Below are positions 1 through 11,210 of a stretch of DNA of 64,000 bases, one piece after another. The notes under the pieces are model-generated. The model saw nothing but the letters and a program-made list of their open reading frames with translations, ran no database searches and was not told the origin of the DNA. Within the stretch, counting starts at the first letter, position 1. Each line of letters opens with the position of its first letter. Source of the stretch: an uncultured Solirubrobacterales bacterium (lineage in GTDB: Bacteria > Actinomycetota > Thermoleophilia > Solirubrobacterales > 70-9); assembly GCA_963774395.1 (NCBI GenBank), contig CAVZET010000006.1:431148-495147 (forward strand), given 5' to 3'. The translations under genes were made by a program, and so were the position numbers.

Positions 1-1330
1 ATCGCCGAGCCCCAGATAGGCGAGCGTGTCGGCTCCGAGCTGGGCGGCCAGGGAAGGCTTGAACTGCGGCAGGGCCGCGAAGAAGTCCTGTTCGCCCGCG
101 GGCGCGTTCGGATCCTGGGGGCTGCGAACGGTGAGGTCGACCGTGTCGCCGTCGAAGGACAGGGCCGCGCCGGCTCCCTTGCCACCGGCGGCGTTGACGA
201 ACGTGTTGAAGCTCGCCAAGGCGCCCCTTGGCCGGAACAGGAAGTCGGTCAGCCCGGGAGAGAGCCAGGCTGTGGCGAGGCTCTCGTCCGGGAGCTCGTC
301 GGCGATCCCTCGGTAGGCGTCGTTGGACTCGAGCGAGTCGCCCTTACCGTTGGCGAGGGCCACCGAGGAGTCCACCGCCGTCGTCGTGCCGAGGATCAAG
401 AAGCCACCCGCGATCGCCGCGGCGTTGCCGCGCTGGTCGGTGCTGACCGTGACTCCGTCCTGATCGCTCGTCGTCACCTGCCCGCGCAGGTAGCTGTCGG
501 CGAATGACTTTGCCCCGTCTTCGTCGGCGACCTCGATCAAGACGACTCGGTTGATGCGTGCCAACGCCCGCCGTGAGTGCCATCGCGATCTCGCCGCCAC
601 TCCACGGCGCGATCTCGCGCCGATAGTTGATCGCGCGGCCCGCCGCCGGGTTGAGCAGATCGCCGCCGATCGCACCGACCGCGCTGAAGCCGGCGAGCCG
701 CCCGGCGATGTCCGTCGCCGCCTGCGCCTGATCGGTACCGGGATCGAGATTCGCGTGCACGTAGCCGTCGCTATCGGCGGGAACGAGTGCGATCGCGTCG
801 TCCGCGGGCGGACAGGCGCTGCCGCCTGGCGCCCAGCACGGCGCGTTCGGGATCAGCACGAGGACGAAGAACAAGACCAGGACTACGAACGCCGCGGCGG
901 CAGCGATCCGCTGCCGAGTGAGTAGAGGCAGCCCCATCCACCCGTCGCTGATGCGGCCGCCGGCCGTGCGCGCTGCGCTCGCGGCGGCCCGGCCGGCGCG
1001 GGCGACGTCCCGGCGCACGTCGGAGGCGCCGACGGCCATCCGCTCGAACAGCTCGGGTCGGCCGGACTTGCCGCCCCCGGGGTCGTCGCTCAGGTCGCCT
1101 AGCGAGGGGCGTTCGAAGCCGGGCGGCGGCTCCTCCGCGTCGTTGGCATCGGGGACGGCATCCTCGGCGGCAGCCTCGGGGCGCTCATCGCCCGGAGGCG
1201 TCCGGTCCGGATCGGCGTCCGAGCGCCCGCTCGGCTCGTCGCGCTCCGCGTCGCCGCCGCCCGCATCAGCGGAGCCGCGCCGGCGCAGCGCAGCGGCCAT
1301 CCTTTCGAACCTTCCCCGGCGCTCGGCCAC
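1..1330 (-). CDS. membrane-anchored hypothetical protein (DUF3352-like, from memory only); 3' end outside window; one apparent frameshift near 560
   Basis: ORF 344..1330 starts MAERRGRFERMAAALRR and has a TM segment AAAAFVVLVLFFVLVLIP. After about 560 a second minus frame is open to position 1 and reads as real protein (VVLIEVADEDGAKSFADSYLRGQVTTSDQDG...LAYLGLGD). Confidence 0.5.
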
Positions 1331-1338
1331 GATCGGGC

Positions 1339-2650
1339 TTATACAGATGCCGAACGGTCGCGCTGGCGGGGAACGAAGTCGATGACGAGAGGAATTCCCT
1401 GCAATCCGTAGCGATCGCGGAGCGCGTTCTCGAGGTAGTAGGCCCAGTCGCGGCTGATCAGCTTGCGGTCATTGACCTGGACCGCGAAGCGCGGCGGCGA
1501 GGAATCGACCTGGGCGATGTAGTAGGTGCGCAGGCGCCGGCCGTGCCGCGACGGGGGCGGATTGCGGGCGACAGCGTCGGAGAGGAAGCGGTTGAGCTCG
1601 GAGGTCTGCAGTCGCGTCGCGCGGCGGTCGGCGAGCTCGAGCGCCTTCGGCAGCAGCTTCTGCAGGTTGCGAGGCTTCACCGTCGAGCAGGTGATCACCG
1701 GCGGTCGCAGCCGCAGGCGCTGCTCGATCCGGGCCTTGGCGTCGTCCAGCTCGAGCTCGACGATGTCCCACTTGTTGAGCCCGACGAGCGTGGCGCAGCC
1801 GCTCTTCATCGCGAGCTCGCCGATCCGCAGGTCCTCCGAGGTGACGCCCTCCGACGCGTCGCAGAGCAGGATCGCCACGTCGGAGCGGGAGGCGGCGCGC
1901 TCGGCACGCAGCTGCGAGTAGTAGTCGACGGTGCCGGCGACCTTCGTCCGGCGGCGGATGCCGGCCGTGTCGATCAGGATCAGCGGCCGGCCGTCGACTT
2001 CGATCTCGGTGTCGATCGCATCGCGCGTCGTGCCCGCGATCTCACTGACGATCGTCCGCTCGGAGCCGAGCAGGGCGTTGAGCAGCGACGACTTGCCGAC
2101 GTTCGGACGCCCGAGGATCGCGACCCGCGGGCGCTCGTCCTCGGCTTCCTCCTCCGCGGGCTCGGGACCGAGCTCGACGATCCGGTCGAGCAGATCGCCC
2201 GGTGCCAAGCCCATGCGTGGAGCTGACCGCGATCGGCTCGCCGAGCCCGAGCCCGTGCAGCTCGGCGCTGAGGTAGTCGGCGCTGGCCGCGTCGAGCTTG
2301 TTGGCGACGACGATCACCGGGCGGTTGGCGCGGCGCAACAGGGACGCAACCTCGGCGTCGCCGGGCCCGAGCCCGGCGCGGGCGTCGACGACATGGAGGA
2401 TCACGTCGGCGTCGGCGATCGCCTCGCGCGCCTGCTGCTGGACGGCGCGGGAGATCGAGTCGCCGGCGGCGAGATCGACGCCCCCGGTGTCGATCAGCAT
2501 GAAGCTGCGCCCGTTCCACTCGCACGGAATCTCCTTGCGATCGCGGGTCGCCCCCGGTTGATCGTGCTCAACGGCCTCGCGCCTACCCGCGAGTCTGTTC
2601 ACGAGGGTGCTCTTGCCGGCGTTCGGATAGCCGACGACCGCGACCTTCAC
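1339..2650 (-). CDS. der: ribosome-associated GTPase Der/EngA (two GTPase domains plus KH-like C-terminus); one frameshift
   Basis: Two P-loops, GYPNAGKST (ORF 2042..2650) and GRPNVGKSS (ORF 1339..2214), plus DTGG and DTAG motifs. The fragments join if one C of the CCC run at 2198..2200 is removed, giving [14 protein letters not shown]. The GTG start overlaps the cmk stop (GTGA). Confidence 0.9.
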
Positions 2651-3307
2651 GAGGCCCCCTCCCCCGCGCCGACGAGGCCGCGCTCAGCGGCGAGCACGGC
2701 GATCCGCTCGACGACCTGCTCGATGGTGAGCCCGTCGGTGGCGCACCTCGACCGCGTCGTCGGCTGCCCGCAGGGCGCCATGCTCGCGCTCCCGGTCGCG
2801 GGCATCGCGATCGCGCTGCTCGGCGAGGATCTCGGCTGCCTCGCGTCCACTCTGCAGCGCGCGGCGCCCAGCGCGCTCCTGCTCCGACGCCGTCAGGAAG
2901 ACCTTGAGCGGCGACTCAGGGCAGACGACGGTGCCGATGTCGCGGCCCTCGGCGACCCAGCCGCCCTCAGCGACGAGCTCGCGCTGGCGGTCGACCATCG
3001 CCTGGCGCACGCCCGGGTGCACGGAGACGCGCGAGGCCACGGCGGTCACGTCCGGCTCGCGGATCCGGGCGCTGACGTCCTCGCCTTCGAGCTCGACGAG
3101 CCCCGGCGCCATGCGCAGCTCGAGCGCTCGCGCGAGTGGCTCGACCTCGCCCGGTGCATCCGGATCGACCCCAGCCCGCAACGTGCACAACGCCACGCAG
3201 CGGTACATCGCGCCCGAATCGAGGTAGGTGAAGTCGAGGCGCTCGGCGAGCGCCTTCGCGACTGTCGACTTGCCGGCCCCTGCGGGTCCGTCGATGGCGA
3301 TCACCAT
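2647..3307 (-). CDS. cmk: cytidylate kinase; one frameshift near 2760
   Basis: [37 protein letters not shown]-loop N-terminus (ATG at 3307). The C-terminus [23 protein letters not shown] lies in ORF 2647..2850. Confidence 0.88.
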
Positions 3308-3363
3308 GGCGGCCGTCAGGGTACGCGAGCGGCGCCCAAGCGGCCGTCGGCCCTTTGTCCTCG

Positions 3364-4707
3364 TCAGTGAACGAGCGAGGCGAGGTCCGCCTCGAAGCCG
3401 GGGTAGCTGATCGCGGCGGCCTCCATCCCGTCGACGGTGACGCCCTCCTCGCGAGGCGAGCCCGGCGACGGCCCCGAGCATCGCGATCCGGTGATCGCCG
3501 GCCGCGGCGATCGTGCCGCCGCGCAGGCCGCCGTGGCCGCTGACGACGAAGCCGTCGGGCAGCGCCTCGATGTCGGCGCCGAGCGCGCCGAGCCCCGTCG
3601 ACGACCGTCTCGATCCGATCCGACTCCTTGTGGCGCAGCTCCTCGGCCCCCGTGACGACCGTCTCGCCCTCGGCGAAGCAGGCGGCGAGCGCGAGCAGCG
3701 GCAGCTCGTCGATCGCCAGCGGCACCTCGGCGCCGCCGATCCTCGTGCCCTCGAGGGCGCCTGCGCGGGCCGTCACGCTGCCGACCGGCTCGCCTGCCTC
3801 GAAGCCCTGCTCGACGACCTCGATCCGCGCCCCCATGCGGGTCAGGATGCCGAGCAGACCGACGCGCGTCGGGTTGAGCCCGACGCCGGTCGAGCGTCAC
3901 CGCGCTGCCCGGGACGAGCAGTGCCGCGACGAGATGGAAGGCGGCGCTCGACAGATCGCCGGCGACGCGCAGGGAAGGCAGCTGCGATCCGGGCGGCGGG
4001 CTCGATCGTGATTGCGGCCGGCGAGGGCGCCGTCGGCAGCGCCGTCCGGTCGGCGATCGGTCGAGCGCGGCCCCGGCCGCCGACAGCATCCGCTCGCGTG
4101 TGGTCGCGGGTTCGCTCGAGCTCGCGCACGACCGTCGGCCCGTCGGCCGAGCAGCCCGGCGAGCAGCAGGCACGACTTGACCTGGGCGGAGGCGACCGGC
4201 AGCGGATAGTCGATCGCCCGCAATGCCGTCCCCTCGATCCGCAGGGGCGGGCGGTCGCCCTCGGCGGCGTCGACGCCGGCGCCCATCGAGCCGCAGTGGC
4301 TCGGCCACCCTGCCCATCGGCCGACGAGCGGATCGAGGCGTCCCCGTCGAGCTCGAAGGAGCGGCCCTCCTGCCCGGCGAGCCACCCGGAGATCAGCCGA
4401 ATCAGGGTGCCGGCGTTGCCCGACGTCGATCGGGGCCTCGGCGCGCGGGCCGCGCAGGCCGACGCCCGAGATCCGCACGGACAGGGCGCCGCCACCCGCT
4501 TCGTCGTCCGATCTCGACGCTCGCGCCGAGTGCGGCAACGGCGTCGAGCGTGCTGCGCGTGTCGGCCGCGTCGAGGTAGCGCTCGATCGCGGTCTCTCCG
4601 TCGCTCATCGCGGCGAGCAGCGCGGCCCGATGCGAGATCGACTTGTCGGGGGGCGCCGCCAGGGTGCCGCTCAGCGGGCCCGGGGGATCGAAGCGCCTGG
4701 CGCCCAT
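3364..4707 (-). CDS. aroA: 3-phosphoshikimate 1-carboxyvinyltransferase (EPSP synthase); several frameshifts
   Basis: Fragments in order on the minus strand: [21 protein letters not shown] (4402..4707), [30 protein letters not shown] (3897..4538), [33 protein letters not shown] (2967..3836), and [26 protein letters not shown] at the C-terminus (stop at 3364). Confidence 0.88.
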
Positions 4708-4724
4708 CGCGGCTCGCCTACCGC

Positions 4725-5821
4725 CTACGAGCCGCCGCTGACGGCCGTCGCACTGTGGCCGAGGCCGGCGATGATCTCCCGCGCCCGCTCCGCCTCATCG
4801 GCGCCGGCGATCCACAGCGAGATCGCGCCGGTGCGCATGTCGGAGGAGGGATCGAGGCTCATGTCCTCGATGTTGACGCCGGCGCGCCCGAGGGCGAGGG
4901 CGAGCTCGGCGAGCAACGCCGGGGCGGTTCGAGACGCGCAGGCGGAGCTCGATCAGCTCGGCCGCCCTCGAGCACCTCGTGCTCGAGGGCGCGGCGCGCC
5001 TCGGCGGCCCGCTGCTGGTAGTCGAGGAGCGCAGTCGAGTCACCCTCGCGCAGCAGCGCGCGAGGCCTGCCTCAGCCGCGCGATCACCGCGTCGACCTCG
5101 TCGGCGACCCGGTCGCGCGTTGGCGGCGAAGATCTCGGCCCAGATCGCGGGGTTGGCGCCGGCGACCCGCGTCGAGTCGCGGAAGCTGCGGCCGAGCTCG
5201 GGCCGGCGCTCGCCGCCCGCCAGGGTCTGCTCCGCGCGGTCGACGAGCGCGTTGGCGAGCACGTGCGGCAGGTGGCTGACGGTGGCCATCATCCGGTCGT
5301 GCTCGTCGGGATCGAGCGCCTGTGGCCGCGCGCCGAGGTCGGCGAGCAGGCTGTGCAGGCGATCGAACAGGACGCCCTCCGCGGACGCCGTCGGAGTCAG
5401 GTACCAGCGGGCGCCGTCGAACAGGTCGGCGCGCGAGTTGCGCACGCCCGCGGTCTCGGCTCCGGCCAGCGGGATGGCCGCCGATGAAGCGCGGCGCCTG
5501 CTCGAGTCCGGCCACCTCCTCGATCAGCCCGACCTTCGTCGAGCCGACGTCGGAGACGACCGCCTCGGGCCCGCTTGCCGCGAGCGCCTCGGCGACGAGC
5601 TCGGGCAGCAGTTGACCGGCGCCGCGCAGAAGACCGCGTCGGCCCCGTCGACCGCATCGGCAACCGAACCCGCGCCCTCGTCGACGGCGCCGACCTCGAG
5701 CGCCGCCTCGAGCGTCTCCGGCATGCGGGTCGAAGCCGCAGACCTCGGCCCCGAGCCGCTCGCGGGCGGCGAGACCGATCGAGCCGCCGATCAGCCCGAC
5801 GCCGAGGATCGCGATCTTCAT
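4725..5821 (-). CDS. tyrA: prephenate dehydrogenase with C-terminal ACT domain; frameshifts
   Basis: [21 protein letters not shown] Rossmann N-terminus (5821), [22 protein letters not shown] core (4795..5445), and an ACT-like tail [22 protein letters not shown] (4725..4916). The ATG overlaps the end of the upstream ORF frame. Confidence 0.85.
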
Positions 5822-5839
5822 CGACGCCGGCCGCGCGGC

Positions 5840-6886
5840 TCAAAGAGCCGCCACGGCCTCCCCGATCGCGGGAGCGGCGGCCTGCTCGGCGACGGCGCGC
5901 AGGCGCTCCGCGTAGCCGGCGAACTCGTCCGCGCGCAGGGCCTGGGGGCCGTCGCAGATCGCTTCTTCCGGCTCGGCGTGCACCTCGACGATGATGCCAT
6001 CGGCACCGGCCGCGGCGGCGGCCAGCGACATCGGCTCGACCCAATCGCGCCGGCCTGCGGCATGGCTCGGGTCGACGATCGACCGGCAGATGCGTCATCT
6101 CGCGCAGCGCCGGAATCGCCGAGCAGATCGAGCGTGAACCGGTAGGCGCTCTCGTGCGTGCGGATCCCGCGCTCGCAGAGCATGACCCGCTCGTTGCCCT
6201 CCTTGAGGACGTACTCGGAGGCCATCAGCAGCTCCTCGAGCGTCGCCGAGAGGCCGCGCTTGAGCAGGACAGCGCAGTCGGTCCGGCCGACCTCCGTGAG
6301 CAGGTTGTAGTTCTGCATGTTGCGGGCGCCGATCTGGATCACGTCGGCGACCTCGGCCACGTAGTCGACCTCGCGCGCGTCCATCAGCTCGGTGACGACC
6401 GGCAGGCCTGTGCGCTCCTTCGCCTCCTGCAGGATCCCGAGGCCCTCGAGCCCGAGCCCCTGGAACGAGTACGGAGAGGTGCGCGGCTTGTAGGCGCCAC
6501 CACGGAGCATGTCGGCGCCCGCCTCGGCGACGGCATCGGCGACCTCGAGCGTCTGCTCGCGGCCCTCGACGGTGCAGGGCCCGGCGATCAGGGCAAGCGG
6601 CTCGGAGCCGCCGATCCGGACGTCGCCGATCTCGATGCACGGATCGGACGCCGTGCCGGAACTGCGATGAGCTCAGCTTGTAGGGCTTGAGGATCGGCAC
6701 GACGCGGTCGACGCCCGGGGCGCCGTCGAGGCCCAGGCGCTGGACGCGCTCGCGCTCGCCGATCGCGCCGATCACTGTGACCAGCTCGCCGGCCGAGACG
6801 TGGGCCGAGCAGCCGCCCGCCTCGACGCGCTCGACGACGGCGGCGATCTCCGCCTCGCCTGCCTCGGGTTTCATCACGATCATCAT
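5840..6886 (-). CDS. aroF: 3-deoxy-7-phosphoheptulonate (DAHP) synthase, type I-beta, with N-terminal ferredoxin/ACT-like regulatory domain; frameshifts
   Basis: N-terminal [25 protein letters not shown]...ILKPYKLSS, core [41 protein letters not shown]...IGARNMQNY...KRG, and C-terminus [24 protein letters not shown] (5840..6031). Confidence 0.85.
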
Positions 6887-7190
6887 TGGAATTCGTTGCC
6901 TTTCTGGTGCTGCAGGTACTCACGCGGAGGGCGCACGCAGGGGCGGACGCCACGGTCGGGACCGGCGTCCGGCGGAAGGAGCCCAGAAGGCGAGGCGGTG
7001 CGCTTCAGCTTCGGGATCGGTGGGGCCGCAACGCGATGCGGGCAGCCCAGGCCGGACGCCTAGCTAAATCGCCAATACCAGGAATACGCATGCCGAACGG
7101 CGGCCTCGAGGGCCGTGCGAAGAGAGGTTCGGCGTCGATTCCATGGACTGGGGTTGTACCACGCCGGCGCGATCGCGACAAGGCGCCGCG

Positions 7191-8292
7191 TCAGATGATC
7201 GAGCGCAGCGCCTCGAGGAACTTCGCGTTCTCCTGCGGCGTCCCGTAGGTGACGCGGATGTGGCCCGGGCCGCCCAGCGGGGTGCCGCCGCGGACGATGA
7301 CGCCCGCCTTGCCGAGCGCCTCGACGACCTCGGCGTCGTCGCGATCGCCGAGTGCGATCCAGGAGAAGTTCGTCTGCGACTCGGCGGTCAGCAGCCCCAT
7401 CTCGTGCAGCTGCGCCTCGACGTCGAGGCGCTCGGCGACCGTGCGCGCGACGCGATCTGTCGACGTCGTCCTGGTGGCGGATCGCCTCGGCGCCGGCGGC
7501 CTGGGCGAGCAGGTTGATGCTGAACGGCTGGCGCACCGCGTCGACCGCCGCGCGGAAGCGTGCGGAGCCGAGCGCGTAGCCGCAGCGCAGGCCGGCGAGG
7601 CCGTAGACCTTGGAGAAGGTGCGGAGCAGGACCAGGTTCGGGAAGCGGCGCAGCAGATCGACCGTCGCGAACGGGTCGTCGACGGTCTGGATCTCGATGT
7701 AGGCCTCGTCGAGAATCACCGTGACGTGATCGGGCACGCGCTCGCAGAAGTCGGCGATCTGCGCGGCCGGCAGGTAGGTGCCGGTCGGGTTGTTGGGGTT
7801 GCAGACGAGGACGAGCTGGGTCGCGACGGTGATCTCGGCGAGCATCGCCTCGAGGTCGTGCTCGTAACGGTCGTTGAGCGGCACCCGGATCTCGGTGGCG
7901 CCGCTCAGCGGCGCCATCTGCGGGTACATCGAGAACGCCGGCCAGCCGTAGACGATCTCGGCGCCGGGCTCGCAGAGCGCCAGCGAGGCGGCGAGCAGGA
8001 TCTCGCAGGAGCCGTTGCTGACGGCGATCGCGTCCGGGTTGAAGTCGTAGCGCTCGGCGATCCGCTTGCGCAGCAGCGCCGCGTGCTGATCGGGGTAGCG
8101 GTTCGCCGAGGCCGCCGCCTCGGCGACCTTCTCGAGCACCGCCGGGTGCGGGCCCCACGGCGACTCGTTCGAGGCGAGCTTGATCACCTCGTCTGTCTCG
8201 TAGAGCTCGCGGGCGCGCTCGAGGTCCATGCCGCCCTCGTAATGGGGCAGCTGCTCGAGCTTCTTCGCGTAGTTGACCTGCGAGATCGTCAC
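7191..8292 (-). CDS. hisC: histidinol-phosphate / aromatic aminotransferase (class II PLP enzyme); one frameshift near 7400-7450
   Basis: KLASNESPWGPHP, NPNNPTG and the RTFSKVYGLAGLRCGY PLP-lysine motif. C-terminus GHIRVTYGTPQENAKFLEALRSII in ORF 7191..7400. The GTG start at 8292 overlaps the aroH stop (GTGA). Confidence 0.85.
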
Positions 8293-8687
8293 TGCGCCGA
8301 GTGTAGGTCGGAGCGGAGCTGCCGGGCGGCGCCGAGGTAGGTGTGCTGCGGCTCGTGCTCGGCCGGCGCGTAGTAGTGCACCATCGCCCGGATCACGCGC
8401 TCCATCGAGCCCGGCACGTCCATCTCCCGCGTGCACAGCAGCGGCACTGCGGTCAGGCCGGCGCCGCGCGCGGCGACGGCCGGGAACTCGGCGTCGAGGT
8501 CGTCGGTGCAGGTCAGGATGCAGGAGATCATCCGCTCGGGGACGAGCTCGTTGCGGCGCATCAGCTCGCGGATCAGCTCGTCGGCCGAGCTGAGGATCGA
8601 CTCGCGGTCGTTGCGGTCGGCCTGCACGGCGCCCCGCACCGCAAAGACGCGGTCCGCGCCTCGCTCGGGCTCGCTTGCGCCGCTCAT
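8289..8687 (-). CDS. aroH: monofunctional chorismate mutase, AroH class; intact
   Basis: 132-aa tail of ORF 8289..9401: VFAVRGAVQADRNDRESILSSADELIRELMRRNELVPERMISCILTCTDDLDAEFPA...REMDVPGSMERVIRAMVHYY. The ATG at 8687 overlaps the rluB stop (ATGA). Confidence 0.8.
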   Translation of the reverse strand: MSGASEPERGADRVFAVRGAVQADRNDRESILSSADELIRELMRRNELVPERMISCILTCTDDLDAEFPAVAARGAGLTAVPLLCTREMDVPGSMERVIRAMVHYYAPAEHEPQHTYLGAARQLRSDLHSAQ

Positions 8688-9401
8688 CTGGTGTCGTCTC
8701 CGTCCATCGCCCCCGCATCCTTCCAGAGCTGTCGCAGCTCCGAGGGCGTCAGCAGCCGCGCCTCGCCCTGCGGCAGGTCGCCGAGGCGCAGCGAGCCGAA
8801 GCCGATCCGCCGCAGCGTCGCGACCCGGTTGCCGACGGCCTCGACCATGCGCCGGACCTGGCGGTTGCGACCCTCGGTGATCGTCACCTCGATCGTGCGA
8901 TCGCCCCGCGCGGCTGACCTCGGCCGGGTTGGTCGGGCCGTCGTCGAGCTCGGGCCCTTCACGCAGCCGCCGTAGCTGTCCCTCGCCGGGCGGCCGCTGA
9001 AGCTTGACCAGGTACGTCTTCGGCACCTCGTAGCGCGGGTGCGTGAGCCGGTTGGCGAGCTCACCGTCGTTGGCGATCAGGATCAGCCCGGTCGAGTCGG
9101 CGTCGAGGCGGCCGACCGGATACAGGCGCCGGGACGAGTCGATCAGCTCGACGACGGCCCGGCGACGGCCCGGCTCCGAGGCGGTCGAGACGACGTGCAA
9201 CGGCTTGTTCAGCATCCACACCTCGCGTCCCTCCGGCGCCACGTCGCGACCGTCGACGGTGACCCGCCCGGTTCCCTCGACGTCCCGCGCCGGATCGGTC
9301 ACGGTCGCTCCGTCGACCGCCACCCGGCCGGCCGCGATCAGCTTCTCGCTCGCCCGCCGGGAGGCGACGCCGCTGTGCGCGAGGTACTTGACGAGGCGCA
9401 T
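8684..9401 (-). CDS. rluB: pseudouridine synthase, RsuA/RluB family, with S4 domain; one frameshift near 8900
   Basis: MRLVKYLAHSGVASRRASEKLIAAGRV (S4 domain), YPVGRLDADSTGLILIANDGELANRLTHPRY catalytic motif, and the C-terminus IEVTITEGRNRQVRRMVEAVG in ORF 8684..9064. Confidence 0.85.
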
Positions 9402-9802
9402 CAGGCCGCCCCACCGTCGGGCGCGACCTCATGGCCGGCGGCGTCGAGCGCCGCGAGTGCGTCGCCACGGCGCTCCGCCGGGACCAGCACGTAGTCGGTG
9501 TCGAAGGTCGATACGGCGAAGATCGGCACCCCGCCGTCCGCGAGCGGCGCCGCCAGCGCGGCGAGGATGCCGGTCAGGGTGTGATCGAGCGTCCCCGCGA
9601 CGCGCAGGGCCAGCCACGGGCCGGACGCCGGCGCCCCCTCGGGCACGAGCTCAGCCGAGCAGACGAGCGACAACTCCTCGGCGGTGCGGGCAATGGCGGT
9701 GATGGTGCCCGGCGGCGGCTCGGCCGCCGCCCACTCGGGCACTGGATCGCCGGGCCCGAGCCGGCAGACCGCAAGGTCGCCGGTGAGCAGCTCGAGCCGC
9801 AC
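9401..9802 (-). CDS. ACT domain-containing protein; intact
   Basis: 133-aa ORF. LALRVAGTLDHTLTGILAALAAPLADGGVPIFAVSTFDTDYVLV matches the small ACT-domain family pattern. Its stop overlaps the rluB start by 1 nt. Confidence 0.65.
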   Translation of the reverse strand: MRLELLTGDLAVCRLGPGDPVPEWAAAEPPPGTITAIARTAEELSLVCSAELVPEGAPASGPWLALRVAGTLDHTLTGILAALAAPLADGGVPIFAVSTFDTDYVLVPAERRGDALAALDAAGHEVAPDGGAA

Positions 9803-9809
9803 CGGCGGC

Positions 9810-10393
9810 TCAGCCTTCGCTGCGCTGCTCGCCCGCCTTGAGCAGGCGCTCGCGGAGCTCGGCGGCGTCCTCCGGCGTCGGGTCGAAGCGCGCGACGTCG
9901 GGAAGCTGGTCGAGACCCGTGAGGCCGAAGAGCCGCTCGAAGAGTTCGCTGGTCGCGTAGATCGTCGCGCCGAAGCGCGAGCGGCCCGACTCCTCGATCA
10001 GGCCGCGCTCGCGTCAGCGAGGTGACCGCCGACTCGGAGCTGACCCCGCGGATCCGCGAGATCTCGGGGCGTGAGACCGGCTGCAGGTAGGCGACGATCG
10101 CCAGCGTCTCCGCCTGTGCCTGGGTCAGCGGCGGCGTCTTCGGGCGCGAGAGCAGCCGCCGGGCCGGCGAGCTCGGCGTCGGGGTCGGTCGCGAGCGTGT
10201 AGCCACCGCCGACCTCCTTGAGGACGAGGCCGCGGCGACCGGGCGCGAGCTCCTCGGCGAGCACATCGAGCGCGTTGCGGACCTGCACCTCGCCCACCTC
10301 GCAGGCCTCGATCAGCTCCGGCACCGGGACCGGCTCGGGCGAGAGGAACAGCAGCGCCTCGATCGTCCGGGCGAGGTCGGAGGCCGAGCTCAT
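9810..10393 (-). CDS. scpB: segregation and condensation protein B; frameshifts
   Basis: ARTIEALLFLSPEPVPVPELIEA (start 10393), LTQAQAETLAIVAYLQPVSRPEISRIRGVSSE, and a reconstructed C-terminus ending ELRERLLKAGEQRSEG (stop at 9810). Confidence 0.82.
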
Positions 10394-11135
10394 GCGGCGC
10401 CCGCCTTCTGCACCTCGCCGGCCCGGATCTCGATCGGGCCGAACGTCTCGGGCTGGCGTCCACGTCGCCTCGCCCTTCTTGTGCATCTCGAGCAACGCGA
10501 AGATCGTCACGGCCTGCGTCAGGCGGTCCTCGGAGCCGAAGGCCTCGTCGAAGTCGACTCGAGCGCGGCGGCCGAGCAGGTCGCGGAGCACGCTCGAGCC
10601 GGCGCTCGAGCGAGACGGTCGGCCTGATGTGGCTCGTGTCGACGCGCGGCGGGGTGCGCAGCAGGTTGCCGAGGGCGGCGCCGAGCGTCTCGGCGTCGTA
10701 GACGGGCCGGGCGACCTCGACCGAGACGCGGCGCAGCTCCGGCGGCAGTGGCGCCGAGCGGTACAGGTACGGGCGCTCGGCCTCGAAGCGCGCCGCGAGC
10801 TCGGCGCCCGCGGACTTGTAGCGCCGGTACTCGAGCATCCGCGCGAGCAACTCCTCGGCCGCCTCCTCGGGCCCGAGGTCGAGCTCGACCTCCTCCTCGC
10901 TGGGCAGCATCAACCGCGACTTGAGCTCGAGCAGGGCTGCGATCAGGACGAGGAACTCGGTCGCGGCCTCGAGGTCGAGCTCGCCCGTCTCCTCGAGCCG
11001 CGAGACGTAGGCGGCGCAGACGGCGCCGAGCTCGACCTCGAGCAGGCTGATCTCCTCACGGAGGACGATCGCCAGCAACAGGTCGAAGGGGCCGGCGAAG
11101 ACGTCGAGGTCGAGCTCGAGGTCGGCGGAGCGCAT
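10390..11135 (-). CDS. scpA: segregation and condensation protein A; frameshifts
   Basis: MRSADLELDLDVFAGPFDLLLAIVLREEISLLEVELGAVCAAYVSRL...FLVLIAALLELKSRLMLP inside the artefactual ORF 10125..13301. The tail FALLEMHKKGEA is in ORF 9998..10591. The stop overlaps the scpB ATG (ATGA). Confidence 0.82.
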
Positions 11136-11210
11136 CGACCGGAAGCGTACGAGCCCCGGCGGTCGCACAGCACTGCCACCGCGGGCGGGACCCGAATACG
11201 ATCGCGGACG

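Noticed and set aside
7121-7150. tRNA T-arm-like string ggttcggcgtcgattcc in the hisC/DAHP synthase gap
   Set aside because: No acceptor stem, D-arm or anticodon arm can be drawn around it on either strand. It is part of the hairpin that follows hisC.
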